Assembly (NCBI GenBank): GCA_964434115.1
Contig: CAYSSX010000001.1
Span: 85,571-149,570 of the forward strand
Length of the DNA: 64,000 nucleotides
Direction: 5' to 3'
Source of the DNA: an uncultured bacterium
GTDB taxonomy: Bacteria; Omnitrophota; Omnitrophia; Omnitrophales; Aquincolibacteriaceae
The position numbers were made by a program, and so were the translations under genes. Positions within the stretch are counted from its first letter, which is position 1, and every line of letters begins with the position of its first letter. Shown piece after piece: positions 26,268 to 37,225 of this stretch. The notes under the pieces are model-generated. The model was not told the origin of the DNA, made no database searches, and worked only from the letters and a program-made list of their open reading frames with translations.

Positions 26268-27515
26268 GTGATTAAAAGGCGCGTTGTGGTGACGGGTCTG
26301 GGGACGATTAGTCCCTTAGGCTCGTCCACAGACAAAACATGGCAGGCATTCCTTAAGGGACAGAGCGGAACCAAGCGTCTGTCTCAAGTGGAGTGCGCTA
26401 AGTTCAATTCCCAGGTCGCTGCCGAAGTCACGGACTTTGACCCTTCGCTTTACTTCTCACCCAAGGAAATCCGCAAAACCGACCGCTTTGTTCAGTTCAG
26501 TGTTGGGGCGGCCAAGATGGCGCTTCAGGATTCCGGAATGGATCTGTCCAAGGAAGATCCGCATCTGATTGGCGTTTTGGTCGGTTCGGGCATTGGGGGA
26601 CTGAGGGTTATTGAAGAACAGCACAAGGTGCTTCTGGAAAAAGGGGCTGACCGGGTTTCTCCTTTTCTGATTCCCATGCTGATTGTGAATATGGCGCCTG
26701 GCCAGATTTCAATCGCCCTTGGATTGAAAGGTCCGAACAACTGCGTGGCAACGGCCTGTGCGACCGGTTCCAACGCGATTGGAGATGCCTTCAAAATCAT
26801 TCAGCGCGAGGAAGCGGATGTGATGTTTGCGGGAGGAAGTGAATCCTGCATTACGCCGCTGGGCTTCGGCGGTTTTGACGCGATGAAAGCCCTGAGCACC
26901 CACAATGAAGATCCGGCCACTGCTTCAAGACCGTTTGACGCGACCCGTAATGGTTTTGTGATGGGGGAAGGCTGCGGGGTTGTCATTCTTGAAGAGCTGC
27001 AGCATGCTCTCAAACGCGGGGCGAAGATCTATGCTGAAATGATCGGCTATGGAATGACGTCCGATGCAAGTCATATTACGGCCCCGGACCCTACGGGGGA
27101 CGGCGCGGCCCGCTGTATGATCAACGCTATGAAGGATGCGGGACTGAAGCCGGAAGACATCAGTTATATTAACGCGCACGGGACCTCAACACCTTTAAAT
27201 GATAAGGTTGAGACCCTCGCTATCAAAAAGGCTCTGGGCGAAACCCTTGCCCGCAAAGTTAAGATCAGCTCGACCAAGTCTATGACCGGCCACCTTCTCG
27301 GAGCCGCCGGCGGCGTGGAAGCTATTGCCTGCTGTCTGGCCATCCGTGACCAGATTATTCCACCGACGATTAATTATCACACTCCAGATCCGGACTGTGA
27401 TTTGGACTATACCCCGAACCAAGCTTTGCGCTATCCTGTAAAAGTCACCCTTTCGAATTCTCTCGGATTCGGCGGCCATAATGCATGTATTGCATTCCGG
27501 TCGTTTCAAGGGTAG
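26268..27515 (+). CDS. fabF: 3-oxoacyl-ACP synthase II
   Basis: KRRVVVTGLG N-terminus; active-site ATACATG; HGTST; GFGGHN. Confidence 0.95.
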   Translation: MIKRRVVVTGLGTISPLGSSTDKTWQAFLKGQSGTKRLSQVECAKFNSQVAAEVTDFDPSLYFSPKEIRKTDRFVQFSVGAAKMALQDSGMDLSKEDPHLIGVLVGSGIGGLRVIEEQHKVLLEKGADRVSPFLIPMLIVNMAPGQISIALGLKGPNNCVATACATGSNAIGDAFKIIQREEADVMFAGGSESCITPLGFGGFDAMKALSTHNEDPATASRPFDATRNGFVMGEGCGVVILEELQHALKRGAKIYAEMIGYGMTSDASHITAPDPTGDGAARCMINAMKDAGLKPEDISYINAHGTSTPLNDKVETLAIKKALGETLARKVKISSTKSMTGHLLGAAGGVEAIACCLAIRDQIIPPTINYHTPDPDCDLDYTPNQALRYPVKVTLSNSLGFGGHNACIAFRSFQG

Positions 27516-27569
27516 AATGCCGCAGTTTTTTATCCTGCTCTTCTCTATTCTCTCCCTTCTGGAGGATTC

Positions 27570-30500
27570 ATGCGCTTAAAGAAAGTTGAAATCGTCGGGT
27601 TTAAATCGTTCGCGGACCGCACGCTCGTTTACTTTGATAAAGGTGTCACGTGTGTGGTCGGACCGAACGGATGCGGTAAAAGTAATATCTCTGATTCCAT
27701 CCGCTGGGTGCTTGGAGAGCGCAGTGCGAAAATGCTCCGCGGTTCCAAAATGGAAGACGTTATTTTTGCCGGCACGCAGTTCCGCAAGCCCGTGGCTTTT
27801 GCCGAAGTGTCCCTGACGATTGATAACCAGGACCGCGGTCTTCCCATTGATTATAATGAAGTGACTCTGACCCGCCGTCTTCACCGCTCCGGTGAAAGTG
27901 AATACCTTATTAACAAAACCTCCTGCCGCCTCAAGGACGTCCAGGACCTTATTCTGGATACGGGTATCGGGTCCAGTTCCTACTCCATGATTGAGCAGGG
28001 CCGCATTGACCACATTTTGAATGCCGATGCGGATGAGCGCCGTTTTCTTATCGAAGAAGCCGCGGGCATTTCGAAGTACAAAGTCAAAAAAGATGAAGCC
28101 ATCCGTAAGCTTGAGCGCACGGAACAGAATCTTCTCCGTCTGCGTGATATTGTCACGGAAGTTCAGCGCAATATTCAGTACGCGGAGCGTCAGGCGCGCC
28201 GCGCGGAACGTTACCGGGAGCAATTCGAAAAACTGAAGGATCTTGAAATCCGCCGCGCTTTTTTTGAACTCGGGCAGATCAGTTCGATCAGCGGGGAACT
28301 GGAATCGGCAAAATCCCGTTATCAATCCGATATTGAAGGCATTGTGGGAACCATTGCCGAACTCCGCGCCGGCCAGGAAGGTTTGGCGCAGAGCCTTGCT
28401 GAAATCCTGGAACGTTATTCCGCGATTGAGTCCAAGCGTTATGACCTCAAGGGCCGTTACGAGCAGAACGACCAGCAGCTCAGGTTCAACCAGGAAAAGA
28501 AAATCGAGTTTGCGTCAAGAAGCGGACAGATTCAGCAGGAAAAAAGCCAGCTGGATCAGCAGATTCAGCGCAGCCAGACCGAAATTGAATTGAAACGTGA
28601 AGAAGTTGTTTCCATTGATGGCCAGAAACAGGATGTTCAGGTGGCCTTTGAAGCCGCGCGCCAGATGCTGGAGCAGGCGGAAAGCCATCTTGAAGCTTCC
28701 CGCACTCTTTTTAATGAAACCAAATCCGCGGGGTTTGAAGCGGCCAGTGAAGCCGCCAAGGTCCGTAATGATTATCACCGTCTCTGCGCTTTTCTGGAAA
28801 GTAATGTGGAGCAGAAAAAGAAGCAGGATGCGGGGGCCTCACGCTACCAGCAGGAACTTGAGCAATGGGCGGCGAGAAAAGAAGACTGCGAAAAAAGCCT
28901 TCGCGAGCTCGAGGAGCGGGTGGTGCTTCTCTCTGAGCAGAAGACCGTTCAGGAAGAACAGCTTAAAGGTTTAAAAGAGACGCTGGAATCCCTGGGCGAC
29001 AAGATTGAGAACGCCGAGCGACAGCTTCACGAAAAGCAAACCCGCCAGAACCTTCTTCATGAAATTGATGCCGCGGCGGGGCTTAGCCAGGAAGGTCTTC
29101 TGGAACACTTGTCCGGCGATGAACGTTCCCTGATGCGCCAGCTTCGTGACCTTCTTCATATTGAAGCCGGCTATGAATGGGCCGTTGAAGCTGTGCTTGG
29201 AGATTTTGCCAAGGCCCTGGTTACGGAGAACGGCGCGGCCGCCTCCAAATTGCTTCATGAAATGATTGAAAAGAAAAGCGCTCCCGCGGCGCTTTTGGTG
29301 AACCTGACCGCGGGGGACAGCTCTTTTCCGGAGGCCCCTGTTTCCCAGCTCCCCGAAGGCGAGTTGTTCTCAAGCCCGCTCCGCCGTTTTGTGAGTCTGG
29401 AAGAAAGTTACCGTCCGCTGCTGGAAAGTTTCTTTGAAAATGTTTTTGTGATTGAAAATCTTACGGACGAAAATTTTCTTGAGGTTTTGAAGAGCGCCGG
29501 CGCCTACCGCTTAGTGACCCGGGAAGGAACCCTGTTGGGGCCCCGCGGCCGTGTGTTTTTCCGCCAAGGGCAGTTAAGCGCGGAGCAGAATCTTTTTAAA
29601 CGGGGCACGGAAATCGAGACGCTGAGCACGGAAATCCGTGAATTGGAACGTAATGAATCCAGCTGGAAGCAGGAAGCTGAACGCATGCTCCAGGAAGCGC
29701 AGCAGCTGGACGAAGGCGTGAAACTGACGGATGCCGAGATCCTTGAAACCAAACTTCAGCGGGAATCATTTGAATCCCTGCGCAAGGGGCTTCAGGACCG
29801 GCTGGGGACTTTCCAGCGTGAGCTGGACCTTATTTTTAATGAACAGGAAGAAATGAAGACCCGCGAAGAGGAAGCTATTGCTCAGCGGACCCAGCTCGAA
29901 ATTGAGTTGATGCGTACGGAAGAAAAACAGCGTCAGATCCGCAATGAGCAGGAAAACCTGATCCGCGACATGGAACGCATGGAGCGCTCGAAAGCCGAAG
30001 CCCTCCGTGATTTCTCTGATCAAAAGGCCCGCCTTGACGGCCTTCGCCAGCGCGAAAAATTTCTCGAAGAAGCCTGTAAGCTTTTGAGCGAGCAGCAGAA
30101 CCGCGACCGGAGCCGTATCGAAATTCTGGACACGGAAACGGCCCGCATTCAAGACCGCGAGCAGGCGCTGAATGTGGAAGATGAACGCATTCGCCAGGAG
30201 CAGCAGGAATTGAATGTCAGTCTTCAGGAAACGGATTTGAATCTCGCCCTTGTCCGTCAGGAGCGCGACAAGACCCAGCAGGAGATTCAGCAGATTGAAC
30301 AAATGCTGATTGAGAGCCAGGACAAAAAGCATCAGATTGAAGAAGAACTCCACGAAATTGAAAAGAAAGTCATGGATCTCGGGTATCAGGAAAAGAATAT
30401 CCATGAACGCCTGCTGCAATCCTATAAAATCGAACTCTCCGCGTTTCAGCCCGAACTTTTTGCTCTGTCGGAAGCGGACCATCCGGCTGTGGCAGCCCAG

Positions 30501-31223
30501 GTCGATGAACTCCGCCAGAAGATCGAATCCATTGGGACCGTCAACCTGCTTGCGATCGAAGAGTACGATGAGCTGAAACAACGGTATGAATTTTTGCAGA
30601 CTCAGCAGAAGGATTTGGAAGAAGCCCGTGATTCGTTGATGGAAGCCATCCGCAAAATCAACCGCACGACCAAAGGGCTTTTTGAAACTACTTTCCAAGA
30701 AGTCCAGAAGGCGTTTGGCGAATACTACCAGACCCTTTTCCGCGGCGGTGAAGCCAAACTGGTTCTCATTGATGAGTCCAACCCGCTGGAATCCGGCGTG
30801 GACATTGTGGTCCGTCCTCCGGGGAAGAAGCTGCAGCACATGAGCCTTCTTTCCGGCGGTGAAAAAGCGATGACCGCGATGGCGCTGCTTTTCTCGCTGT
30901 TTAAGATCAAGCCGTCGCCCTTCTGCGTGCTGGACGAAGTGGACGCGCCTCTTGACGAAGCGAACGTGGACCGCTTCCTCGCGGTACTCAAGACTTTTCT
31001 TCAGTCGTCCCAGTTTATTATTGTGACGCACAACCGTAAAACGATTGCCATGGGCGATTCTCTTTACGGGGTCACGATGCAGGAGGCGGGAGTTTCGAAG
31101 ATCGTTTCGGTGAAGATCAGCCAGGACGCTCAGAACGAAGCCTTTGAAGACCAGAAGGTTGCGGCCTCGGCGGTTCAGGAAAGTGCTGCGGCACCGGAAG
31201 CTGAAAACCCGGAAAATTCTTGA
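27570..31223 (+). CDS. smc: Chromosome segregation protein SMC
   Basis: Walker A GPNGCGKSN. Long coiled coils with central hinge. C-terminal signature LSGGEKAMTAMALLFSLF and Walker B CVLDEVDAPLD. Confidence 0.95.
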   Translation: MRLKKVEIVGFKSFADRTLVYFDKGVTCVVGPNGCGKSNISDSIRWVLGERSAKMLRGSKMEDVIFAGTQFRKPVAFAEVSLTIDNQDRGLPIDYNEVTLTRRLHRSGESEYLINKTSCRLKDVQDLILDTGIGSSSYSMIEQGRIDHILNADADERRFLIEEAAGISKYKVKKDEAIRKLERTEQNLLRLRDIVTEVQRNIQYAERQARRAERYREQFEKLKDLEIRRAFFELGQISSISGELESAKSRYQSDIEGIVGTIAELRAGQEGLAQSLAEILERYSAIESKRYDLKGRYEQNDQQLRFNQEKKIEFASRSGQIQQEKSQLDQQIQRSQTEIELKREEVVSIDGQKQDVQVAFEAARQMLEQAESHLEASRTLFNETKSAGFEAASEAAKVRNDYHRLCAFLESNVEQKKKQDAGASRYQQELEQWAARKEDCEKSLRELEERVVLLSEQKTVQEEQLKGLKETLESLGDKIENAERQLHEKQTRQNLLHEIDAAAGLSQEGLLEHLSGDERSLMRQLRDLLHIEAGYEWAVEAVLGDFAKALVTENGAAASKLLHEMIEKKSAPAALLVNLTAGDSSFPEAPVSQLPEGELFSSPLRRFVSLEESYRPLLESFFENVFVIENLTDENFLEVLKSAGAYRLVTREGTLLGPRGRVFFRQGQLSAEQNLFKRGTEIETLSTEIRELERNESSWKQEAERMLQEAQQLDEGVKLTDAEILETKLQRESFESLRKGLQDRLGTFQRELDLIFNEQEEMKTREEEAIAQRTQLEIELMRTEEKQRQIRNEQENLIRDMERMERSKAEALRDFSDQKARLDGLRQREKFLEEACKLLSEQQNRDRSRIEILDTETARIQDREQALNVEDERIRQEQQELNVSLQETDLNLALVRQERDKTQQEIQQIEQMLIESQDKKHQIEEELHEIEKKVMDLGYQEKNIHERLLQSYKIELSAFQPELFALSEADHPAVAAQVDELRQKIESIGTVNLLAIEEYDELKQRYEFLQTQQKDLEEARDSLMEAIRKINRTTKGLFETTFQEVQKAFGEYYQTLFRGGEAKLVLIDESNPLESGVDIVVRPPGKKLQHMSLLSGGEKAMTAMALLFSLFKIKPSPFCVLDEVDAPLDEANVDRFLAVLKTFLQSSQFIIVTHNRKTIAMGDSLYGVTMQEAGVSKIVSVKISQDAQNEAFEDQKVAASAVQESAAAPEAENPENS

Positions 31224-31795
31224 ATCTTCCCAACACCCTGACAATTCTCCGGATCCTGATAAGCCCGTTTTTTTTCACGGCGCTTCTTTACTACGCCGCC
31301 GGAAATGAACACTGCAGGATTCTTGCCGCGGTTCTTTTTACCGCCGCAGCGCTGACGGATGCTGCCGATGGTTTGCTGGCCCGCATCCTGGATCAGCGCA
31401 CGCCCCTTGGAAAATTCCTCGATCCGCTTGCGGACAAACTTCTGCTTTTGAGCGGCTTTTTGGGGCTTCTTTTTGTGGACACGCTCCGCTATCATCCGCC
31501 GCTTTGGATTATTGTCACGATTGTGTTCCGGGACCTTGTGATTCTTGGCGGGCTGCTGGTTGTTTTTCTGGCCACAGGAACGGTGAACATCCGGCCTGAT
31601 TTTTTGGGAAAGACGACGACCGCGGTTCAGATGGCAGCCCTGATTGCCATTCTTATGCAGTGGCGTTTATCGGTTTTTCTTTGGTTTGCCGCGGCCTTGC
31701 TGACCGCTGCTTCCTGCGCGGTTTATATGCTGCGCGAACTTAAAAGCCTCAAATATTTTCATCACCCCGTAGCTTCGAAAGGTCAGGAACCATGA
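31220..31795 (+). CDS. pgsA: CDP-alcohol phosphatidyltransferase (phosphatidylglycerophosphate synthase-like)
   Basis: DAADGLLAR...G...D...D motif (DAADGLLARILDQRTPLGKFLDPLADK). TTG start overlapping smc stop (TTGA). Confidence 0.75.
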   Translation: MNLPNTLTILRILISPFFFTALLYYAAGNEHCRILAAVLFTAAALTDAADGLLARILDQRTPLGKFLDPLADKLLLLSGFLGLLFVDTLRYHPPLWIIVTIVFRDLVILGGLLVVFLATGTVNIRPDFLGKTTTAVQMAALIAILMQWRLSVFLWFAAALLTAASCAVYMLRELKSLKYFHHPVASKGQEP

Positions 31796-32400
31796 ATTTT
31801 TTTCAGCTGCTCCTTTTCTCTCTCCTCGCTTATTTTCTTGGCAGTATCCCGTTCGGACTTCTGGTGGCTAGGCAGGTCCAGGGGATTGATATCCGCGAAC
31901 ACGGAAGCAAGAACACGGGCGCCACGAATGTGTTTCGTGTGGTGGGAAAAAAATGGGGATTTCTTGTCCTTTTTCTGGATGCGCTGAAAGGGGCTTTGGC
32001 GGTTTTCATTCCCGTGTTTTTCTTTCCGGAACTTTCCTTTGCGTGGAAGTCGCTTTTTGCCGTGACCGCGATTCTCGGACACAGTTTTTCCGTGTGGATC
32101 CAGTGGAAAGGCGGCAAGGGAGTGGCGACATCCTTGGGGGTTTTTCTGGCGCTCACGCCCCAGGCGACCTTGCTGACGCTCGCCGGCTGGATTTTGGTGT
32201 TCGTTATATCCCGCACAATCTCGATCGCGTCCTTGTCCGCGGCCGTTATTTTCCCGGTCGTGGTGTTGGTTTTTTTTCGGGGCGGGGAGGCGTTTCCCGT
32301 TCTTATGCCGTTGAGTCTTGTTCTCGGGGCCTTTATTTTTTACACGCACCGCGCTAATATCGGGCGGATCCTTAAAGGAGAAGAGAAAAAACTTATTTAA
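31792..32400 (+). CDS. plsY: Glycerol-3-phosphate acyltransferase PlsY
   Basis: GSKNTGATNVFRVVGKKWGFLV... motif; multi-TM. Confidence 0.9.
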   Translation: MNFFQLLLFSLLAYFLGSIPFGLLVARQVQGIDIREHGSKNTGATNVFRVVGKKWGFLVLFLDALKGALAVFIPVFFFPELSFAWKSLFAVTAILGHSFSVWIQWKGGKGVATSLGVFLALTPQATLLTLAGWILVFVISRTISIASLSAAVIFPVVVLVFFRGGEAFPVLMPLSLVLGAFIFYTHRANIGRILKGEEKKLI

Positions 32401-32485
32401 ATTAGTAAAAATTTAATTGACTTAAAGTAAAGTATTTGTTAGTGTCTCTTTGCCGATACCTGTTTCCTTCATCCCAGGAGGAAAC

Positions 32486-32800
32486 ATGAACAAATTTTCT
32501 AGAACCCTTATCCATTCCGTTCCCACCAGCAGTGAAGAAGAACTGCAATTCGCGATTACCCAATATGAAGACCGTTACTATGTCGATGTCCGTCTGTGGT
32601 TCAGGGCTCCTGAATCAAAAGGGCTTCGTCCGAGCCGGAAAGGACTGTCACTTCCCATGCACCGCCTCTCAGGGCTTCGCGAAGGAATCGAAATTGTGTC
32701 CGAGGCCATGGCGAAGAACGGCTTTCCCCAAAAACAATCCAGAGAAAGAAAACCCGGGACTGAAAAAGGCTCGCCGAACGGCCGGGGGCATGCGGATTAA
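32486..32800 (+). CDS. Small PC4/YdbC-like putative ssDNA-binding protein
   Basis: AGGAGG RBS before ATG 32486. YEDRYYVDVRLWF...PSRKGLSLPMHRLSGLREGI resembles the bacterial transcriptional-coactivator-p15 (PC4) fold signature (KGISL). Immediately upstream of recA. Confidence 0.5.
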   Translation: MNKFSRTLIHSVPTSSEEELQFAITQYEDRYYVDVRLWFRAPESKGLRPSRKGLSLPMHRLSGLREGIEIVSEAMAKNGFPQKQSRERKPGTEKGSPNGRGHAD

Positions 32801-32917
32801 GGGCTTTACACCCTTTGCCTAACCCAGTAAAATATGCGGACTTGCATTCATTTGCAGCGTCCGTCTAAATAATTTTCATTCCATTTTCAGTAAAAATTCC
32901 TCTCAGGAGAAGACTCC

Positions 32918-33979
32918 ATGGTGAAGAAACCCGAAAAAGATTCAAAGCAGGAAATTTCTGCGGCTTCGAACAAGGTCACGCAGGAAAAACACAAAGCGCT
33001 TGAACTTGCCCTGCTTCAGATCGAAAAACAGTTTGGTAAAGGCTCGATTATGAAAATGGGCGATGAACGCCGCGAGCCTGTCCAGAGCATTTCCACGGGC
33101 GCGTTAAGCCTGGATATTGCAACCGGTGTGGGCGGTATTCCCCGGGGCCGTGTGGTGGAAATCTACGGTCCGGAATCGAGCGGTAAGACCACTTTGACGC
33201 TGAGCATTATTTCCCGTGTTCAGGCCGAAGGCGGTGTCGCGGCCTTTATTGACGCCGAACATGCCCTGGATCCAACGTATGCGCAGAAAATCGGCGTGAA
33301 GCTGGATGATCTTTTGATTTCTCAGCCGGATTCCGGCGAGCAGGCTTTGCAGATCGCCGAAATGCTGGTCCGCTCCAACGCCGTGGATCTTATCGTGATC
33401 GATTCCGTGGCCGCCCTTGTTCCGAAAGCGGAAATCGAAGGGGATATGGGGGACTCTCACATGGGGCTGCAAGCGCGCCTTATGTCGCAGGCCCTCCGCA
33501 AACTGACCGGAATCATCAGCCGTTCCAAAACCAGCATGATTTTTATCAATCAGATCCGCGACAAGATTGGCGTCATGTTTGGCAACCCGGAAACAACCAC
33601 GGGCGGTAAGGCTTTAAAGTTCTACGCCTCAATGCGTCTCGATATCCGCCGCATTGAGAGCCTTAAAAAGGGCGATGAAATTATCGGCAACCGCGTCAAG
33701 GTCAAGGTTGTCAAAAATAAAGTCGCGGCACCCTTCAAGATCGCGGAATTCGATATTCTTTTTGAAGAAGGCATCTCGCGTTCTTCCAGTATTCTGGATC
33801 TGGGAATCGAACAGCAGGTCCTTGAAAAATCCGGATCGTGGATTCTTTATGGACAGGAAAAGCTTGGGCATGGCCGCGACGCGGCCCGTCTGTTCCTCAA
33901 GGAAAACAAAAAGCTGCTTGAAGAAATTGAAGATAAGGTCCGGACCAAGATGATGGGGGAAGCGGCGGTTGTAGCCTGA
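32918..33979 (+). CDS. recA: Recombinase RecA
   Basis: Walker [10 protein letters not shown]; L1/L2 loop regions; full-length RecA. Confidence 0.97.
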   Translation: MVKKPEKDSKQEISAASNKVTQEKHKALELALLQIEKQFGKGSIMKMGDERREPVQSISTGALSLDIATGVGGIPRGRVVEIYGPESSGKTTLTLSIISRVQAEGGVAAFIDAEHALDPTYAQKIGVKLDDLLISQPDSGEQALQIAEMLVRSNAVDLIVIDSVAALVPKAEIEGDMGDSHMGLQARLMSQALRKLTGIISRSKTSMIFINQIRDKIGVMFGNPETTTGGKALKFYASMRLDIRRIESLKKGDEIIGNRVKVKVVKNKVAAPFKIAEFDILFEEGISRSSSILDLGIEQQVLEKSGSWILYGQEKLGHGRDAARLFLKENKKLLEEIEDKVRTKMMGEAAVVA

Positions 33980-34013
33980 TCGCCGGCCTGCTTCGAAAAT
34001 CCAGCTTTTCGAT

Positions 34014-34571
34014 TTGCTCCTGCCGATCATGAATCAAGAAAAAGATCCGCTGAAGGCCGATGCTTTATCCCTGGAAAAAGAGGCCTGGAATTTTGCGCTT
34101 AAAATATTAGGGATCAGCCCCAAAAGCCGGAACGAAATGATTGAGAGGCTGAAAACCAAGGGCTATACCGGGGGCCTCGCGGAAAAGACCGCGGCAAGGC
34201 TTGAAGCCGTGGGCTTTTTGAATGACCGCGCTCTGGCGGCGGGGCTTGTGGCCAGAATGGCCGCCTCACGGAAAGGTTTTGGCAAACGCAAGGCCGCTTT
34301 TGAACTCAAAAGGCGGGGTTTTGACGCGGCCGCTGCCGCCGAAGCCCTGGAGGCATTGACCGGGGAAGTTCAAAAAGAGTCCGCGGAGGTTTTAGCTCAG
34401 GCGCTCTGGGCGAAAACCGGAAAAATGCCGTTCCTCAAGCGGAAAAAGAAATTGTTCGACACTCTCGTCCGCCGCGGGTTTGATTTTGGAATGACCCAGC
34501 AGGTGATTGAGAAAGTGATCCGGGATTCCGGAGACAAAAGCACGGAAGATGACGCGGCTGAATTTTCTTAA
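34014..34571 (+). CDS. recX: RecA regulator RecX
   Basis: Three tandem helical repeats typical of RecX. recA-recX-alaS synteny. Confidence 0.8.
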   Translation: MLLPIMNQEKDPLKADALSLEKEAWNFALKILGISPKSRNEMIERLKTKGYTGGLAEKTAARLEAVGFLNDRALAAGLVARMAASRKGFGKRKAAFELKRRGFDAAAAAEALEALTGEVQKESAEVLAQALWAKTGKMPFLKRKKKLFDTLVRRGFDFGMTQQVIEKVIRDSGDKSTEDDAAEFS

Positions 34572-34582
34572 GGAAAGCAGAT

Positions 34583-37225
34583 ATGAAAACTGACGAAATC
34601 AGGAAAACCTACCTTCGATTTTTTGAGAAGAACGCGCACCGGATCGTGGGCAGCGACTCCCTTGTTCCTCAAAATGACCCCACCCTTTTATTCACGGGCG
34701 CGGGCATGAATCAATTCAAAGAAAATTTTCTGGGGATCAAAAAAGATTTGAAGCGCGCGACCACGAGCCAGAAATGCCTTCGCACCGGGGACCTCGAAGA
34801 GGTGGGCCGCACGGCTTTTCACCATTCCTTTTTTGAAATGCTCGGTAATTTTTCTTTTGGAGATTATTTCAAGCGTGAGGCGATTCATTGGGCCTGGGAA
34901 TTTTTGACCGTGGAGGTAAAAATCCCAAAAGACCGCCTGCGCGTCAGTGTCCACCAGAGTGATGATGAAGCCTTTGCGATTTGGAAAAACGAGATTGGCC
35001 TCCGCGCGGACTGGATCTATAAGCTCGGGGACAAGGATAACTTTTGGCCGTCCAATGCGCCGAAGGATGGACCGAACGGTCCCTGCGGCCCTTGCTCGGA
35101 AATTTATTTTGATCAAGACCCCTCTCAGGGCGACGGGGGAACGGTTCAGGACAAGCGTTTTGCGGAAATCTGGAACCTTGTTTTTACACAGTTTGACCGC
35201 CAGGACGGCGGCAAGCTTGTGCCGCTTGCCCAGAAAAATATTGATACCGGGATGGGGCTTGAACGCCTTTCCTGCGTGCTTCAAGGCAAGACCACCAATT
35301 ACGAGATTGATATTTTCCAGCCGATCAATGCGGCCATTGAGCGTGCTTTGGGCCTTGCTGAGCGCAGTGTTCAGGGACCGGAGAGAAGCCATCTTTACGC
35401 GGTCAGTGATCATGTGCGGGCCATTGTTTTTTCCATGGCCGACGGCGTGATTCCTTCCAATGAGGGGCGCGGGTATGTGATCCGTAAATTGATCCGGCGT
35501 GCGCTTTGGCGCGCGCACCACATTCTTGCTTCAGCCGGGGGCGGTACGAGGCAGGAACTTAAAGGCGCTTTTTTGTATAAGATTGTTCCTGTGGTGGTAT
35601 CGGTCATGGCCCCGGCTTACCCGGAGCTTAAGGACGCGGAAAAAAGCATCACCGCGACCTTGAAAGGCGAAGAGGACCGTTTTCTTGACACGCTTGAAAC
35701 CGGCCTCCGGATTCTTGAAAGCCGGATCGCCGACCTGGATAAAAAGAAGTCCAAGGTTATTCCGGGGCAAATTGTGTTCGAGCTTTATGACACGTATGGT
35801 TTCCCGGACGAGTTGACGCGCATGATTGCGGAATCCCGCGGGCTTGAAATTGATAACGCGGGCTTTGATACGCAGATGGAAGAACAGCGCCGCCGCGCCA
35901 AACAGGCCACGCAGATTTCCGGGAGCATATTTACGGCGACCGAGCTTGAGAAAAAACTGGGTTCGCTTGCCCCGACGCGTTTCCTTGGGTATTCGGCCCT
36001 TGAAAGCGAAGCCGGTGTCCTGCTCGCGGATTTAGAAGGCGGTAAAGGGGTGGTGCTTCTCGATCAGACGCCTTTTTATGGTGAAAGCGGAGGGCAGGCC
36101 GGGGATCTTGGAACGCTTGAAAACGCTTCCTTCAAGGCCGTTGTCTTGGACACCCAGAAAAAAGATTCCTTTGTCCTTCATCTTGTGGAAGTTCAGAAAG
36201 GAAGCCTGAAGCCGGGCGATAAAGTCACCGCCCGCGTGGATGCCGAGCGCCGCGCCAGCACCATGCGGAATCATACGGCCACGCACCTTCTTCATGCCGC
36301 GCTTCGTTCTGTTCTGGGTCCTCAAGTGCGCCAGCTTGGTTCTTTGGTGGCCGCAGACCGTCTTCGTTTTGACTTCTCTCATTCTCAAGCGCTGAGCGCG
36401 GAGGAATTAAAAAAGATCGAGGACCAGGTTAATAGCGAAATTCTTTCGGACAAGGCTGTGTCCAAGGAAGAGAAGCCGGTGGAAGAGGCCAAGAAGGACG
36501 GCGCGCTCGCCTTTTTTGGTGAAAAGTATGGAGCGCTGGTCCGCGTGGTGACGATCCCTGGATTCAGCAAAGAATTTTGCGGGGGAACCCATTGCGACCG
36601 CACAGGGCAGATCGGAAGTTTTGTGATCACAAGTGATTCATCGATCGCAAGCGGAACGCGCCGGATTGAGGCGCTTACAGGTTCGGGTGCGCTGAATTAC
36701 CTGCGTGAACTGCGCGCCCAGATTGGTGAGCTTTCCGTGTCGTTGAAAACAACGCCTGAAAAGCTGGCTGAGAAAGTTTCCAAGCTTCAGGACACGATCA
36801 AAAAGATGGAGAAGGAAAAGAAGCAGAGCTCCGTGATTTCTGCGGATCCCAAGGCGATTTTGAATCAAGCCCTTACGGCGGGGGCTTTCAAGGTCGCGCG
36901 CCACAAGCTTCCGGAAGGCGCGGGCGTGGATGAACTTCGGGGGCTTTCCGATTCGCTGCGTTCCATGAGTTCAAAGACGATTTATTTTCTTGGAACGGAA
37001 AGCGAAGAGAAGGTGCATTTTGTAATCGGTTTAAGCCCTGACCTAGTGCAAGGTCCTCTGGACGCCCGTGAAGCCATGAAGACACTCGCGCCTCTTGTGG
37101 GCGGAAGCGGCGGCGGCCGCAAGGAATTGGTACAGGGCGGCGCCCGCAACCAGGGGCAGTTTAAAGACCAGTGGGACAAGATTGTGGAAAATCTGACCTC
37201 CTATGTGAATGAAAGGAACGGCTGA
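34583..37225 (+). CDS. alaS: Alanine--tRNA ligase
   Basis: Class II catalytic core, editing domain HxxxH...CGGTH, and C-terminal DHHA1-like region. Confidence 0.95.
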   Translation: MKTDEIRKTYLRFFEKNAHRIVGSDSLVPQNDPTLLFTGAGMNQFKENFLGIKKDLKRATTSQKCLRTGDLEEVGRTAFHHSFFEMLGNFSFGDYFKREAIHWAWEFLTVEVKIPKDRLRVSVHQSDDEAFAIWKNEIGLRADWIYKLGDKDNFWPSNAPKDGPNGPCGPCSEIYFDQDPSQGDGGTVQDKRFAEIWNLVFTQFDRQDGGKLVPLAQKNIDTGMGLERLSCVLQGKTTNYEIDIFQPINAAIERALGLAERSVQGPERSHLYAVSDHVRAIVFSMADGVIPSNEGRGYVIRKLIRRALWRAHHILASAGGGTRQELKGAFLYKIVPVVVSVMAPAYPELKDAEKSITATLKGEEDRFLDTLETGLRILESRIADLDKKKSKVIPGQIVFELYDTYGFPDELTRMIAESRGLEIDNAGFDTQMEEQRRRAKQATQISGSIFTATELEKKLGSLAPTRFLGYSALESEAGVLLADLEGGKGVVLLDQTPFYGESGGQAGDLGTLENASFKAVVLDTQKKDSFVLHLVEVQKGSLKPGDKVTARVDAERRASTMRNHTATHLLHAALRSVLGPQVRQLGSLVAADRLRFDFSHSQALSAEELKKIEDQVNSEILSDKAVSKEEKPVEEAKKDGALAFFGEKYGALVRVVTIPGFSKEFCGGTHCDRTGQIGSFVITSDSSIASGTRRIEALTGSGALNYLRELRAQIGELSVSLKTTPEKLAEKVSKLQDTIKKMEKEKKQSSVISADPKAILNQALTAGAFKVARHKLPEGAGVDELRGLSDSLRSMSSKTIYFLGTESEEKVHFVIGLSPDLVQGPLDAREAMKTLAPLVGGSGGGRKELVQGGARNQGQFKDQWDKIVENLTSYVNERNG

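Noticed and set aside
29766-31244. 492-aa minus-strand ORF antisense to smc
   Set aside because: Lies entirely inside the well-supported smc CDS. Composition is R/L/F-rich with no motifs, typical of antisense frames in GC-biased coding DNA.
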